Of a DNA stretch of 64,000 nt, positions 1 through 9,409 are shown one piece after another. Within the stretch, counting starts at the first letter, position 1. Every line of letters begins with the position of its first letter. Where the stretch lies: contig QKHS01000095.1 in the NCBI GenBank assembly GCA_003249955.1, positions 11,299 to 75,298 on the forward strand, written 5' to 3'. Position numbers and translations under genes: made by a program. The stretch is from Bacteroidales bacterium. Lineage in GTDB: Bacteria > Bacteroidota > Bacteroidia > Bacteroidales > ML635J-15. The notes beneath the pieces are model-generated. The model searched no databases, was not told where the DNA came from, and was given only the letters and a program-made list of their open reading frames with translations.

Positions 1-2214
1 TGGTTTCTTTTGCCCGTTAAATGATTCCTGAACAGATTGATTATATAAATATGAGTCATTATAACCATAAGCAATAACAGTATAGTAATACTCTCTATTA
101 TTAATGAGTCTAGAATTTCCTGTTGCAAACTTATCTGTTTCAAGAACAAAGGTATGTGTAATCCCAGTGTTAGTGCCTTGAACTTCTTCCACAGGAACGT
201 TTGCTGATAATTCATCCGACCAATCATAATTTACAACCTGCGAGATATCATCTTTTATGTCACATTGAAAAACCAGCCTTACAAGAGCATCATTATATCT
301 GTCAGAAATACTGACAGAACTATTCTTATACTGAAAAACCTGATATCCCTGAAATCTGTAATATTCATCACATGGATCAATATCCGAAGAACAAACAATA
401 GAAGGATCTTTCTCACTATAAGCTTCTAAATAATTATTACTTCCAGGTTTATTATATATATGGAAAATTAATCGTTTATCCATTTCAATAATTTTCAACT
501 CCGGAGCATCAGGACCATCAAGTACCCTGAAACAGTTTTCAAATAAAATCTGAGCTTTATCATCTGCTCTGCGGACAGCCTCAACTGAAGCCCAAGCGCC
601 TCCTGATGCCGCACGTGCATATACTGCTCCTATAGTAATATCGTTAACAGCACCCGGCTGAAGTGTAAAAGGACCTGCAGACTGCACGAACCTTCTGTCA
701 CCAGGATAATTATCCGCAGTTTCTTCTGACCATGGATCCTGTTGTGGAATTCCACCAAGACCCCATCCACAAGGATCTGTTGAAGGATTACCCGGAAACA
801 TAAAATTTGTAGGAGCACTGGCATTCCCTCCACCTGAAGTGTGACCAGTACCTCCATAGCATAAAGGAGAGTTGTCTTTCCAGAAACCTGTCAAATAGTT
901 ATAATGTTCAATTGCAGAATGAGGATCCTGAGTAGCAGCATTACCATAAGGAGGATTATTAAAATATAAAAATCTCCTCATTCCCCATCTTTCATTATCC
1001 GGGTATCCATCCTGAAAGTTAAGACCATTAATATTCCCGTTAAGAATATCTCCCTTTGAACAATTTAAAACTTTTACGCCATTAAGGGTATCATAAGAAG
1101 TAGAATTATCCAACCCGTCAGGATCCTGATAAGGACCTTCAAAAAAATCAATACCTATGGCCGGAGGCTGATCTCCATATCCTGGACTTTTTGAACTTGC
1201 TTCATCAAAAGGGTCTCCGTTATACATGTATCCCAACCCGCGCTGAACATCACATCCGGTATAATCATCATCAGAATATCCCAAATCCGCATCAGTCCAG
1301 ACACCAAAATATGTATCTGTAAGCGTATATGTCGATCTGTTAATTATGTTATAATTAGCAAAAGTCATATCATTAAGTTCATCATTTGTGGAAAAAGCAA
1401 AAGCCTGAGAACGAAATTCCATACCAATTGCAGTTCCTCCCGTTTCTGTATGAATATTACCTTTGTCATTATATACCCACCAAAGTGTATAGTCCCCAAA
1501 TAATCTTGGAGATATGCCTCTACGTCTCTCGCAAGCAATATCTTCTGTTATTCCCTCATTAGGGAATTCATAATAAGGAAAATCTCCGTTTAAAGGATTA
1601 TAATACCCATCACCGTCTGTATCCCACCATGGAGCAAGGTTGTAAGCATACCCACCATCAGGTCCGTGAGCAGGCCAGTTCGTAATAATATCAGGAATCT
1701 GATAATCCGGGAATTCTGTTTCAACAACGCATTCCGGATCCTGAGTACATTTCCACCATTCCCTGAACTCTTTAACCATTTCTTTACTTATTGCAAAGTG
1801 TTTGTCATATTCACGACATACTTCAGGACTAACATAAGCAAATCCGTCAGTAGTTAACGGACCAGGCCAGTAATCAATACCATCCTGACGAAAACGCTGA
1901 GCTGCAAGCTTTAACTGTCCGTTAGCATCATGACCTCCAACCCAGATAGCTCCGGCAAATAATGCACTTACGCCTCCGCCAACAGGAACTTCATAACGTG
2001 CTTTACCCTGTAAATCCCACCACATGTCTCCTCCGGTGTGAATAAGTGAACGAACATTGTTTATTGCCAATTCTGTAGAAGTCTTTCCCGGTTCACAACC
2101 AGCAGTAGCTCTGGTTGTAGGCGGATTAATTTCTCCTCTCTCTTTATCTGCCAACATGTAATTTGACAATGATAAAAGAACTACAAAGAATAATACTTTC
2201 TTAAGATTTTTCAT
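1..2214 (-). CDS. Secreted hypothetical protein, truncated at its C-terminal end by the window edge (first 738 aa present). It lies 24 nt downstream of the 1211-aa receptor-like gene.
   Basis: Absent from the supplied track because there is no stop codon inside the window. ATG is at 2214-2212. My manual translation begins MKNLKKVLFFVVLLSLSNYMLADKERGEINPPTTRATAGCEPGKTSTELAINNVRSLI, which is signal-peptide-like. I checked the frame as open at 1-60, 601-660 and 2041-2214. No competing long ORF occurs in 1-2214. Confidence 0.6.
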   Translation of the reverse strand, partial: MKNLKKVLFFVVLLSLSNYMLADKERGEINPPTTRATAGCEPGKTSTELAINNVRSLIHTGGDMWWDLQGKARYEVPVGGGVSALFAGAIWVGGHDANGQLKLAAQRFRQDGIDYWPGPLTTDGFAYVSPEVCREYDKHFAISKEMVKEFREWWKCTQDPECVVETEFPDYQIPDIITNWPAHGPDGGYAYNLAPWWDTDGDGYYNPLNGDFPYYEFPNEGITEDIACERRRGISPRLFGDYTLWWVYNDKGNIHTETGGTAIGMEFRSQAFAFSTNDELNDMTFANYNIINRSTYTLTDTYFGVWTDADLGYSDDDYTGCDVQRGLGYMYNGDPFDEASSKSPGYGDQPPAIGIDFFEGPYQDPDGLDNSTSYDTLNGVKVLNCSKGDILNGNINGLNFQDGYPDNERWGMRRFLYFNNPPYGNAATQDPHSAIEHYNYLTGFWKDNSPLCYGGTGHTSGGGNASAPTNFMFPGNPSTDPCGWGLGGIPQQDPWSEETADNYPGDRRFVQSAGPFTLQPGAVNDITIGAVYARAASGGAWASVEAVRRADDKAQILFENCFRVLDGPDAPELKIIEMDKRLIFHIYNKPGSNNYLEAYSEKDPSIVCSSDIDPCDEYYRFQGYQVFQYKNSSVSISDRYNDALVRLVFQCDIKDDISQVVNYDWSDELSANVPVEEVQGTNTGITHTFVLETDKFATGNSRLINNREYYYTVIAYGYNDSYLYNQSVQESFNGQKKP

Positions 2215-2238
2215 ATCTCGTTTTTTATAATTCTATTT

Positions 2239-5200
2239 TTAAAAATTAAACTGAACTCCCAACTTAATAGTTCTTGGCAAACTATAATTATATGGAGAAT
2301 TTATATACATAGCATAGTAGTTTCTATACGACTCAACATCGTTCTGGGTAGCTATCTGGTTCTGATAATCTGCATAACTAAGGTAACCATCATCATTAGC
2401 ATTCCCCGTATATGAATATACATTAATAACATTCAATGTATTTAACAGATTAGAAACTTCAACATAAACATTCAAGTATCCGTATTTTTCTTTTGTTCCA
2501 TCTTCTTTCTTATCCGCCAGCTTTATACGAATATCCCGATCTGCACGCATACTTATTGAAGTTCTCCAAGGTTTACGTGAACCGTTCAAAGAACCTACTA
2601 CAACACCATTACTAGGTTTGCTACGTTTTGTATAAGGAGATCCTGAGCCACTGTTTACAACAAAATTAACCCCGGTGTTGGCAAAAATACTCTTGCCTCC
2701 TATTTTCGGGCCATTGTAAGGAGTCCCTGAAACTTTTCCGCCATAGCGATAGTCAACAGTAATAGCAATATTATGACGCTGATCAAAATCAAGCGGAATT
2801 GTTGTTCTAAGATTTGGTTTATCTGACATAACAATTGCTGCACCTGATTCAAAACTTGAACCTGTACCATTTGCAAACTGCAAAGTATAAGACGCTCTTA
2901 AAGTAACATTACCGGTACGACGCATATCATAAGTAACACCAAAACCTTTAACAGTTCCGAAGTCAATGTTACCATAAGTGTAATAATTAACCGGGTAAGC
3001 ACCATATACTGCAATTGTTTGTTGCATATCACGCATTTCACGGTAAAAAGCTGAAAGTTTTAAAGCAGATGTGTTCCCAAGTTTTTGCTGGAATCCCAAT
3101 TCATAGTCAATTGTCTTTTCTGTCTGAAGATTAGGATTATTCAGTACATTTTCATTTAACTGACGAATATAAAGATATTCTATCGGATTTAAACGGTTAG
3201 AATAAGTAGGACGTTTTGAAAGAATATCATAATGAGCAAAAAACAAAGCTTCGTCTGAAATCGGGAAAGAGAAAGAGATACGAGGCATTACAACTACCTG
3301 AGGCTTATAGTCTTCAAACGCTTTGCTGTTTAATTCTTCATTAGGATCCAACAAATATGGAGCTATTCCATTTGCAGATGCAATCGAATTAGGATTTTCT
3401 ACCTCTGTTCCACTTGCATTATACCATACGCTACCAACGCGATAACCATTAATCGCTGTCGGATTATTTAAATCATTTACGTAAACTACTGCTCCGTCAG
3501 GAATATTAGAAGGATGATCTGTCCCTGAAATAATACCTTTTTCATCATTATCACCAACAGTATATGCTTCACTAAGTAAAAACTGATCCTTCAGAACCAT
3601 TTGATTTGCATCATATCTGTCAACACGTACACCTATGTTAAAAATAAGGTCTTTAAATGCAAATTTATCCTGAATATAACCTGCTACATAATTAGGTTCA
3701 AATGGTGCTATAGGCCTTTCTTTATATCCGTCTTCATTTATTTTGTTAAAGAAGTCATCAAAAGTAGGTTTATAAGTCAACTTATTTCCGGAATAATCAT
3801 ATCCATAATAAGCGACATAAGAGCTTCCCTGATTAAAAAGTTCATCAGCACTGAACCAGCTCAGATCAAATGTAGAGGGATCGTAAGAATCAATATCAAT
3901 CCAGGTAAGACTGTTTTCTGCAAGTCCTAATGCTTTTCTCAGGTTTTTATCAAAATATGCCTGTCCTTCTGCATTATATAATCTCGGATAGTCTATTGTA
4001 TCCATGAAAATTCCATTGGCATCGCGATAAATAATAGGATTGTTTGCGTCTTTCTCAAGAATGTGATTATTGGTAAGACTGCGCGCCAGTGTCCATAATC
4101 CAAAAGGAGCAACCTGAAAATATGAGTCACTTCTCTGTTCAAACTCAAATCCTAAACTTATTTCGTGATCTTTAACGTCGGCAGAACCTGAAGCAGAAAC
4201 TCTGAATTGTGTCGCATCACTCTCAAGGTATGAAGTATAAGGATTCCCCGGGCTATTGTACATACTATAAATAGCCGGAGCCCCCATACCATTAAGCAAA
4301 CCTCCGTTTGAGATAACGCTATTAACATCTTTATAATAATAATCCTGAAAATAGTCAAAATACTGTTCTGTATATCTTGCCAAGTCTGGATTTAAAGTAC
4401 CTGATTCAAAATCGGTAATTCTGTAAAAATACGTTTCTTGCAACCAACCTTCCAATCCTGTTGTAGTATCAGTGCCCCATGCATAATATTTTTCTGGTAC
4501 AGTTGTAAATTTTCCTACATAACCATATTCAAAAAAATTATCATCATAATCATCATCATATTGTTTTGCATAAGTTCTTGAATAGTCAACCTGAATTGAA
4601 TAATACGGATTTTTAATAACCGAAACTTTTTCACTTTCATCACTGTTATCTCTGAACTTTTGTGTTAAGCGACCGTATACCCTCCAGTTATTATAAATCT
4701 GATTTCCGTTATTTTCTGAATTAAACAACTGATTGCTATAACTGTAAAGTCTGCTATCACTATAATCAAGTGTTCCGCCAAAAGTAAGGTTAAGATCACG
4801 AACAGGAGAAATATCTATTTTCCCTGCAACATTTATTCCTTTACTTCCGGCATTGGCTCTTGTCTTATAATTCTGAAATGCGTCTGAGTGCAAATAATCA
4901 GTATTTTGATAAATAATCGCTCCTGAAGAATTCTGAACCAACTTCAAAGGATTAGTTCTGATACTTTCAATAACATCATCATTTGCTCTCCATTCTCCTA
5001 CTGCCGAAGGGCTTCCGTCTTCAACCATTCTTCCCTCTGCCGAGAATAAAAATCCGGCAACGGTTCTTGTGCGTTCACTACCTTTTTCTTTAACGGTCCA
5101 GATAGGTCCTGACAGCATTAATCCTCCCAGGTTGTATCCGTAAGGATCAAGATACTGAGAAGTAACGATTTCTGCTCCTCCGAAATACTGAGAAGAAGGG

Positions 5201-5874
5201 CCTTTTGTTGACACACTGATTACACCACCGGTAACGTCACCATATTGTGCAGGCAAACCACCGGTAATAACCTGAACCTGCTCAATAGCAGATTTTGGTA
5301 CGGAAGAACTTCCGCGCACCTTTACACCGTCAACATAATAAACGGTACCTTCAGAACGGGCTCCCCTGATACTACCAACTTCTCCGTCTTCGGAATATAC
5401 ACCTCCGACAGTAGTGGCAACAGCAGCAGCAGAACGTCCCGGCATCTTAGCGATGTCCTCGGATGATACAGTCCCTCCTGAGGTTGTCTGGTCCTTAGAA
5501 ATCAAAGGAACCTTATATTCCTTAATTTCTACTTCAGCAAGAATTTCTGCTGATGCACTAAGTTCAAAATTCTGGAAGGTTATTCTACCTGCCGGAATCT
5601 GTACATTATTATACTGCAAAGTGGCATATCCTACATAGGACGCCGACACAGTATATTTACCTGCTGGTATAGGTTTAATACTAAACTTCCCGTCGAAGTC
5701 AGTCATACCGCCGGTAACTACATTTCCATTCTCTTCAATCGATACATTAGCAAAAGGTACCGGTTCACCGGTTGCTGCATCTGTAATCGTTCCGTTTAGG
5801 GTACCTGCCGATTGGGCATACATCCCTGCACTTGTTACAAGTGCCATAATAACTATTAGTAATTTTCGTAGCAT
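2239..5874 (-). CDS. TonB-dependent-receptor-like outer-membrane protein with an N-terminal carboxypeptidase-regulatory-like domain (1211 aa)
   Basis: Signal peptide. CarboxypepD_reg-like segment GTLNGTITDAATGEPVPFANVSIEENG...KYTVSASYVGY. Plug-like segment SIRGARSEGTVYYVDGVKVRG...VITGGLPAQYGDVTGGVISV. Long barrel region ending in the outer-membrane beta-signal LGVQFNF. Confidence 0.8.
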   Translation of the reverse strand: MLRKLLIVIMALVTSAGMYAQSAGTLNGTITDAATGEPVPFANVSIEENGNVVTGGMTDFDGKFSIKPIPAGKYTVSASYVGYATLQYNNVQIPAGRITFQNFELSASAEILAEVEIKEYKVPLISKDQTTSGGTVSSEDIAKMPGRSAAAVATTVGGVYSEDGEVGSIRGARSEGTVYYVDGVKVRGSSSVPKSAIEQVQVITGGLPAQYGDVTGGVISVSTKGPSSQYFGGAEIVTSQYLDPYGYNLGGLMLSGPIWTVKEKGSERTRTVAGFLFSAEGRMVEDGSPSAVGEWRANDDVIESIRTNPLKLVQNSSGAIIYQNTDYLHSDAFQNYKTRANAGSKGINVAGKIDISPVRDLNLTFGGTLDYSDSRLYSYSNQLFNSENNGNQIYNNWRVYGRLTQKFRDNSDESEKVSVIKNPYYSIQVDYSRTYAKQYDDDYDDNFFEYGYVGKFTTVPEKYYAWGTDTTTGLEGWLQETYFYRITDFESGTLNPDLARYTEQYFDYFQDYYYKDVNSVISNGGLLNGMGAPAIYSMYNSPGNPYTSYLESDATQFRVSASGSADVKDHEISLGFEFEQRSDSYFQVAPFGLWTLARSLTNNHILEKDANNPIIYRDANGIFMDTIDYPRLYNAEGQAYFDKNLRKALGLAENSLTWIDIDSYDPSTFDLSWFSADELFNQGSSYVAYYGYDYSGNKLTYKPTFDDFFNKINEDGYKERPIAPFEPNYVAGYIQDKFAFKDLIFNIGVRVDRYDANQMVLKDQFLLSEAYTVGDNDEKGIISGTDHPSNIPDGAVVYVNDLNNPTAINGYRVGSVWYNASGTEVENPNSIASANGIAPYLLDPNEELNSKAFEDYKPQVVVMPRISFSFPISDEALFFAHYDILSKRPTYSNRLNPIEYLYIRQLNENVLNNPNLQTEKTIDYELGFQQKLGNTSALKLSAFYREMRDMQQTIAVYGAYPVNYYTYGNIDFGTVKGFGVTYDMRRTGNVTLRASYTLQFANGTGSSFESGAAIVMSDKPNLRTTIPLDFDQRHNIAITVDYRYGGKVSGTPYNGPKIGGKSIFANTGVNFVVNSGSGSPYTKRSKPSNGVVVGSLNGSRKPWRTSISMRADRDIRIKLADKKEDGTKEKYGYLNVYVEVSNLLNTLNVINVYSYTGNANDDGYLSYADYQNQIATQNDVESYRNYYAMYINSPYNYSLPRTIKLGVQFNF

Positions 5875-6031
5875 AACAGAGTTTTACTTTAACAATACTT
5901 AACCCAATTAAGAAAAACCGTAAATATAGAACAGTTTTCAATATTGACCAAATCTTTTCTTAGCAAAAAATTAACTTTTTTTTAAAGATATACCTAAGTA
6001 ACTAAAAACAAGATGAATAACATTTTTTCTG

Positions 6032-6379
6032 TCACCTCGTATTTTTTGCCTGTTTCTTTGATCGCTTCATTCTTTTATATGTCCTTTTCCCTCCAACGAG
6101 GTCTTTACCTCCACCATTAATTAATTTATTATGTTTCTTTACTGCTCTTTTATGTAAGCGGTAATCAATACGTTCCTTTTTATCTTTTTTTTTCTGCTGA
6201 TTTTTTTCGATTTTCATAACACTACGCTCTTCCCGTGAGGGCCTATAGTGTTTTGATTTCTGACTTTTCATGTATTTCTCATCGTCGATGTTGCGATTTG
6301 ATTGGGAAAAGCAAAGCGAAGGCAATAAAAACAGTAATAAGAATGTTAATAATTGTAATAAATTCCTTAATTTTGTCAT
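6032..6379 (-). CDS. Small secreted, extremely basic (Lys/Arg-rich) hypothetical protein
   Basis: ATG start and a clear signal peptide, MTKLRNLLQLLTFLLLFLLPSLCFSQ. By my count the remaining 89 aa contain 22 Lys and 11 Arg. I recognise no family. Confidence 0.55.
   Translation of the reverse strand: MTKLRNLLQLLTFLLLFLLPSLCFSQSNRNIDDEKYMKSQKSKHYRPSREERSVMKIEKNQQKKKDKKERIDYRLHKRAVKKHNKLINGGGKDLVGGKRTYKRMKRSKKQAKNTR
6368..6375 (+). promoter_or_regulatory. Candidate Bacteroidota -7 promoter box TAATTTTG for the lipoprotein gene at 6402
   Basis: Exact match to TAnnTTTG, 27 nt upstream of the ATG. It sits next to the start codon (6377-6379) of the divergent gene. Confidence 0.4.
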
Positions 6380-6401
6380 AAATGATAGTAATCTTTTTAT
6401 A

Positions 6402-6839
6402 ATGAAATCAATTTTACCAAAGATAGCGATTTTTTTAGTTTTAGCAAGTTTTTTTTCCGTTATTCCGGCCTGTGATCGTGAAGACAGAATTCCATATGCT
6501 TATGTTGACTTTGTTGTCTATCTGGATTTACCGGAATTCACAGAATTAAAGACACCCGGAAACTACCTTTATGTAACCGGAGGAGTAAGCGGAATTATAT
6601 TATATTGCGAATTCACTGATTCTTACAAGGCATACGAAAGAAATTGTCCTTATGAACCTTCTAACGCGAACTCAATACTTGATGTGGATTCAACAGGTCT
6701 GTTTCTTGTATGTCGTAACTGTGAATCAAAATTTATGCTCCTTGACGGTTCCGTAATAAACGGGCCGACAAAATATCCGGTAAAACAGTATTCTACTTAT
6801 CTTGAGAATAATGTTCTTTCTGTGTATAATTCTTATTAA
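6402..6839 (+). CDS. Hypothetical lipoprotein (145 aa, counted from the internal ATG of track ORF 6270..6839)
   Basis: MKSILPKIAIFLVLASFFSVIPAC has a lipobox-like Cys after its hydrophobic core. The 44 codons upstream overlap the divergent gene and look non-coding. The C-terminal half (NCPYEP...CRNCESKF) has Rieske-like Cys spacing but lacks the His ligands, so that resemblance is tentative. Confidence 0.6.
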   Translation: MKSILPKIAIFLVLASFFSVIPACDREDRIPYAYVDFVVYLDLPEFTELKTPGNYLYVTGGVSGIILYCEFTDSYKAYERNCPYEPSNANSILDVDSTGLFLVCRNCESKFMLLDGSVINGPTKYPVKQYSTYLENNVLSVYNSY

Positions 6840-6863
6840 GCCGGAAGCCCGAAGCCGGGAGAC

Positions 6864-6891
6864 GGGAGGCGGGAGGCGGGAGGCGGGAGGC
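6864..6891 (+). repeat. Four perfect tandem copies of the heptamer GGGAGGC, preceded by GGGAGAC
   Basis: Read directly: gggagac gggaggc gggaggc gggaggc gggaggc. It lies between the stop at 6839 and the terminator hairpin. Confidence 0.95.
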
Positions 6892-6920
6892 GAAAATGCG
6901 GTTAGTCATACTATAGAAAC

Positions 6921-6954
6921 AAAAAAATCACCTGAGTTCTCAGGTGATTTTTTT
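6921..6954. terminator. Bidirectional intrinsic terminator between the convergent genes 6402..6839 (+) and ahcY (-)
   Basis: An A7 run, the 8-bp stem tcacctga / tcaggtga with loop gttc, then a T7 run. Confidence 0.8.
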
Positions 6955-6996
6955 GTTTCTATAACTTCGTTAGCCGGTCTCCGGCCAACCGTATTC

Positions 6997-8412
6997 TTAG
7001 TATCTGTAATGATCTGCTTTATAAGGTCCTTCAACCGGAACCCCAATATAATTTGCCTGTTCTTCAGATAATTTTGTAAGCTTAACTCCGATTTGTTCGA
7101 GATGCAACCTTGCAACTTCTTCATCAAGATGTTTCGGTAATCTGTAAACACCTACTTCATATTTGTTTTTCCAAAGATCAAGCTGAGCAAGAGTCTGATT
7201 TGAGAATGAATTACTCATTACGAATGAAGGATGTCCTGTTGCACAACCAAGATTTACCAAACGACCTTCGGCAAGCATGAAAATTGAATTCCCGCTTTCA
7301 AAAGTATATTTATCAACCTGAGGTTTGATCTCTGTTTTTTTAGCTCCTTTATATGCATCAAGTTTATCAACCTGAATTTCATTATCAAAGTGTCCTATGT
7401 TACATACAATAGCCTGATCTTTCATCTGCTTCATATGCTCAAGTGTAATAACATCCTTGTTGCCGGTTGTGGTAACATAAATATTCCCTTCGCCTAATGT
7501 GTCTTCAATTGTAGCTACTTCAAAACCTTCCATAGCTGCCTGTAAAGCACAAATAGGATCTATCTCTGTAACAATAACACGGGCTCCGTAACCTTTCATG
7601 GAACGGGCACAGCCTTTTCCTACATCACCATAACCAAGAACAACCACAACTTTACCTGCAATCATAACGTCGGTAGCTCTCTTAATTCCGTCAGCCAAAG
7701 ACTCGCGGCAGCCATAAAGATTGTCAAATTTTGATTTTGTTACAGAATCATTTACATTAATTGCCGGAACCAAAAGCTCTCCTCTTTCCATCATCTGATA
7801 AAGACGGTGAACACCGGTTGTGGTTTCTTCAGATACTCCTTTTAAGTCACTAATAGTTCTTGTCCATTTGGTGTTATCCTGTGCCAGAACATTTTTCAAT
7901 GTTTGCAAAACTATTCTTTCTTCGTTGCTACCGGCTTCTACATTAAGAATTGAAGCATCTTTCTCTGCAAAAAATCCTTTATGTACCAAGAGACTGGCAT
8001 CTCCGCCATCATCAACAATAAGATTCGGACCTAAATTTCCAGGGAATGTTAATGCCTGTAATGTACACCACCAATATTCTTCAAGTGTTTCACCTTTCCA
8101 TGCAAAAACGGGAGTTCCTGCTGCTGCTATAGCTGCCGCTGCATGATCCTGGGTTGAGAAGATATTACAACTTGCCCATCTCACATCTGCTCCAAGCTCT
8201 ACAAGTGTTTCAATTAACACTGCAGTTTGAATTGTCATATGTAATGATCCTGTAATACGTGCTCCTTTCAAAGGTTTTTCTGCAGAGAATTTTCTGCGGA
8301 TACTCATAAGACCCGGCATTTCTTTTTCTGCTATTTCAATTTCTTTGCGTCCCCACTCAGCAAGATTTATGTCTCTGACTTTATAAGGTAATGTGCTGAA
8401 TAATTCTTCCAT
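6997..8412 (-). CDS. ahcY: Adenosylhomocysteinase
   Basis: The 471-aa protein is full length for SAH hydrolase. It has the N-terminal [26 protein letters not shown] segment, an NAD-binding GYGDVGKG motif and a C-terminal PYKADHYRY. Confidence 0.95.
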   Translation of the reverse strand: MEELFSTLPYKVRDINLAEWGRKEIEIAEKEMPGLMSIRRKFSAEKPLKGARITGSLHMTIQTAVLIETLVELGADVRWASCNIFSTQDHAAAAIAAAGTPVFAWKGETLEEYWWCTLQALTFPGNLGPNLIVDDGGDASLLVHKGFFAEKDASILNVEAGSNEERIVLQTLKNVLAQDNTKWTRTISDLKGVSEETTTGVHRLYQMMERGELLVPAINVNDSVTKSKFDNLYGCRESLADGIKRATDVMIAGKVVVVLGYGDVGKGCARSMKGYGARVIVTEIDPICALQAAMEGFEVATIEDTLGEGNIYVTTTGNKDVITLEHMKQMKDQAIVCNIGHFDNEIQVDKLDAYKGAKKTEIKPQVDKYTFESGNSIFMLAEGRLVNLGCATGHPSFVMSNSFSNQTLAQLDLWKNKYEVGVYRLPKHLDEEVARLHLEQIGVKLTKLSEEQANYIGVPVEGPYKADHYRY

Positions 8413-8446
8413 TTATCTGTAATTAAATTAGTTATTAAATTTTTAA

Positions 8447-8454
8447 CAAAATTA
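8447..8454 (-). promoter_or_regulatory. Candidate -7 box TAATTTTG upstream of ahcY
   Basis: Exact TAnnTTTG match on the minus strand, about 35 nt upstream of the ATG at 8412. Confidence 0.4.
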
Positions 8455-8480
8455 GTCAGTTTTTATTGAACTCACAAATT

Positions 8481-9383
8481 TTATGAAAAGAAAGCTTTTG
8501 TTTCTTCCTTATCAAGCTTTAGCTGATTGATCAAATCGTTAATATCATTGAATTTCTTTTCTTCTCTCAGTCTTTTAAAAAATTCGATTTCCACTTCAAT
8601 GTCATATAAATCTCCTTCAAAATCAGGAATATGGAATTCTACTGATCTTTCCGAACCGTTAAAACTGGGACGAAACCCGATATTCAACATTGCCGGATAT
8701 GACCGGCTATCTGTTTTGGCTTTAACAATGTAAACCCCATTAGCCGGGATTATCTTATCTTCACTGTATTCTCCGAGATTAGCCGTAGGGAATCCTATTT
8801 TTCTTCCTATTTTATAACCATTGACAATCTTACCCCCCAATCTGTAATTATATCCGAGCATTTCGGCAGCACTTTCAACATTCCCGTTTTGCAGGCACTC
8901 ACGAATCTGAGATGAATTGACATTGTTATACGATTCCATCTCAAATTTGTCAAGCCGTTTTAATTGCAGCAACGGTTCAGCAGTATCGGGTTCTGCCTGA
9001 TTTTTGCTCCCGAAAGAATTATTATAGCCCATTATAACTTTTGAACAATGCAAACCATCATGCAGAATCTCATTTACAAATCTTCCTGCAGATAATGCTG
9101 CCAGTTCTTTGTCAAACTTAAGAACCAATAAATTACGGATTCCTGATTGTCTGATTAATTCAGTTTTTTCTTCAAGAGTTGTGAGCAGATCAACAGTTTT
9201 TCCAAAAACTACTGCCGGATGCGGCCAGAGTGTAATTACAAGTTCTTCATTCCCTGAAGTAACTGCTTCTTTAGCCAAACTGTCGAGTAAGTAACGGTGT
9301 CCTTTATGCACTCCGTCAAAAAATCCGACAGTAACAACACAATTCTTTGGAATATTTTCGTTTATATTTGTAAAAACTTTCAA
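8481..9383 (-). CDS. ribF: Bifunctional riboflavin kinase / FMN adenylyltransferase
   Basis: N-terminal VVTVGFFDGVHKGHRYLL nucleotidyltransferase motif and a C-terminal riboflavin kinase region (GFPTANL...). The only in-frame start after the upstream stop is TTG at 9383. Confidence 0.9.
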   Translation of the reverse strand: MKVFTNINENIPKNCVVTVGFFDGVHKGHRYLLDSLAKEAVTSGNEELVITLWPHPAVVFGKTVDLLTTLEEKTELIRQSGIRNLLVLKFDKELAALSAGRFVNEILHDGLHCSKVIMGYNNSFGSKNQAEPDTAEPLLQLKRLDKFEMESYNNVNSSQIRECLQNGNVESAAEMLGYNYRLGGKIVNGYKIGRKIGFPTANLGEYSEDKIIPANGVYIVKAKTDSRSYPAMLNIGFRPSFNGSERSVEFHIPDFEGDLYDIEVEIEFFKRLREEKKFNDINDLINQLKLDKEETKAFFS

Positions 9384-9397
9384 TTCGTAAATTTTTG

Positions 9398-9405
9398 CAA
9401 AAGTA
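9398..9405 (-). promoter_or_regulatory. Candidate -7 box TACTTTTG upstream of ribF
   Basis: Exact TAnnTTTG match on the minus strand, 15 nt upstream of the TTG start. It lies within the palindromic tttgcaaa core shared with the divergent gene at 9410. Confidence 0.35.
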
Positions 9406-9409
9406 AAAA

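Noticed and set aside
3601-3930. Antisense or shadow ORFs inside long genes. Examples: 3601..3930, 5245..5638, 7820..8146, 15277..15465, 20386..20688, 22274..22810, 32377..33132 and 40951..41352.
   Set aside because: Each lies fully within a much longer, well-supported gene on the opposite strand or in another frame. Their composition is low-complexity and unlike real proteins.
1-5874. Calling the first two genes a SusC/SusD polysaccharide utilisation pair.
   Set aside because: The downstream protein has no lipobox and no SusD-like features that I can recognise, and I saw no glycoside hydrolases nearby. I kept it as an unknown pairing instead.
6270-6401. N-terminal extensions of track ORFs: 6270 for the lipoprotein, 29383 for the TonB receptor, 39768 for SRPBCC, 39171 for NTF2-like and the GTG at 20000 for the beta-helix lipoprotein.
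   Set aside because: In each case an internal ATG yields a clean signal peptide or the family's usual N-terminus. The internal start also removes an overlap with a neighbouring gene.
6802-7071. Track ORF of 89 aa (…ETGGGRREAGGENAV…).
   Set aside because: It is just the translation of the GGGAGGC repeat, the terminator hairpin and the antisense 3' end of ahcY. It has no coding features.
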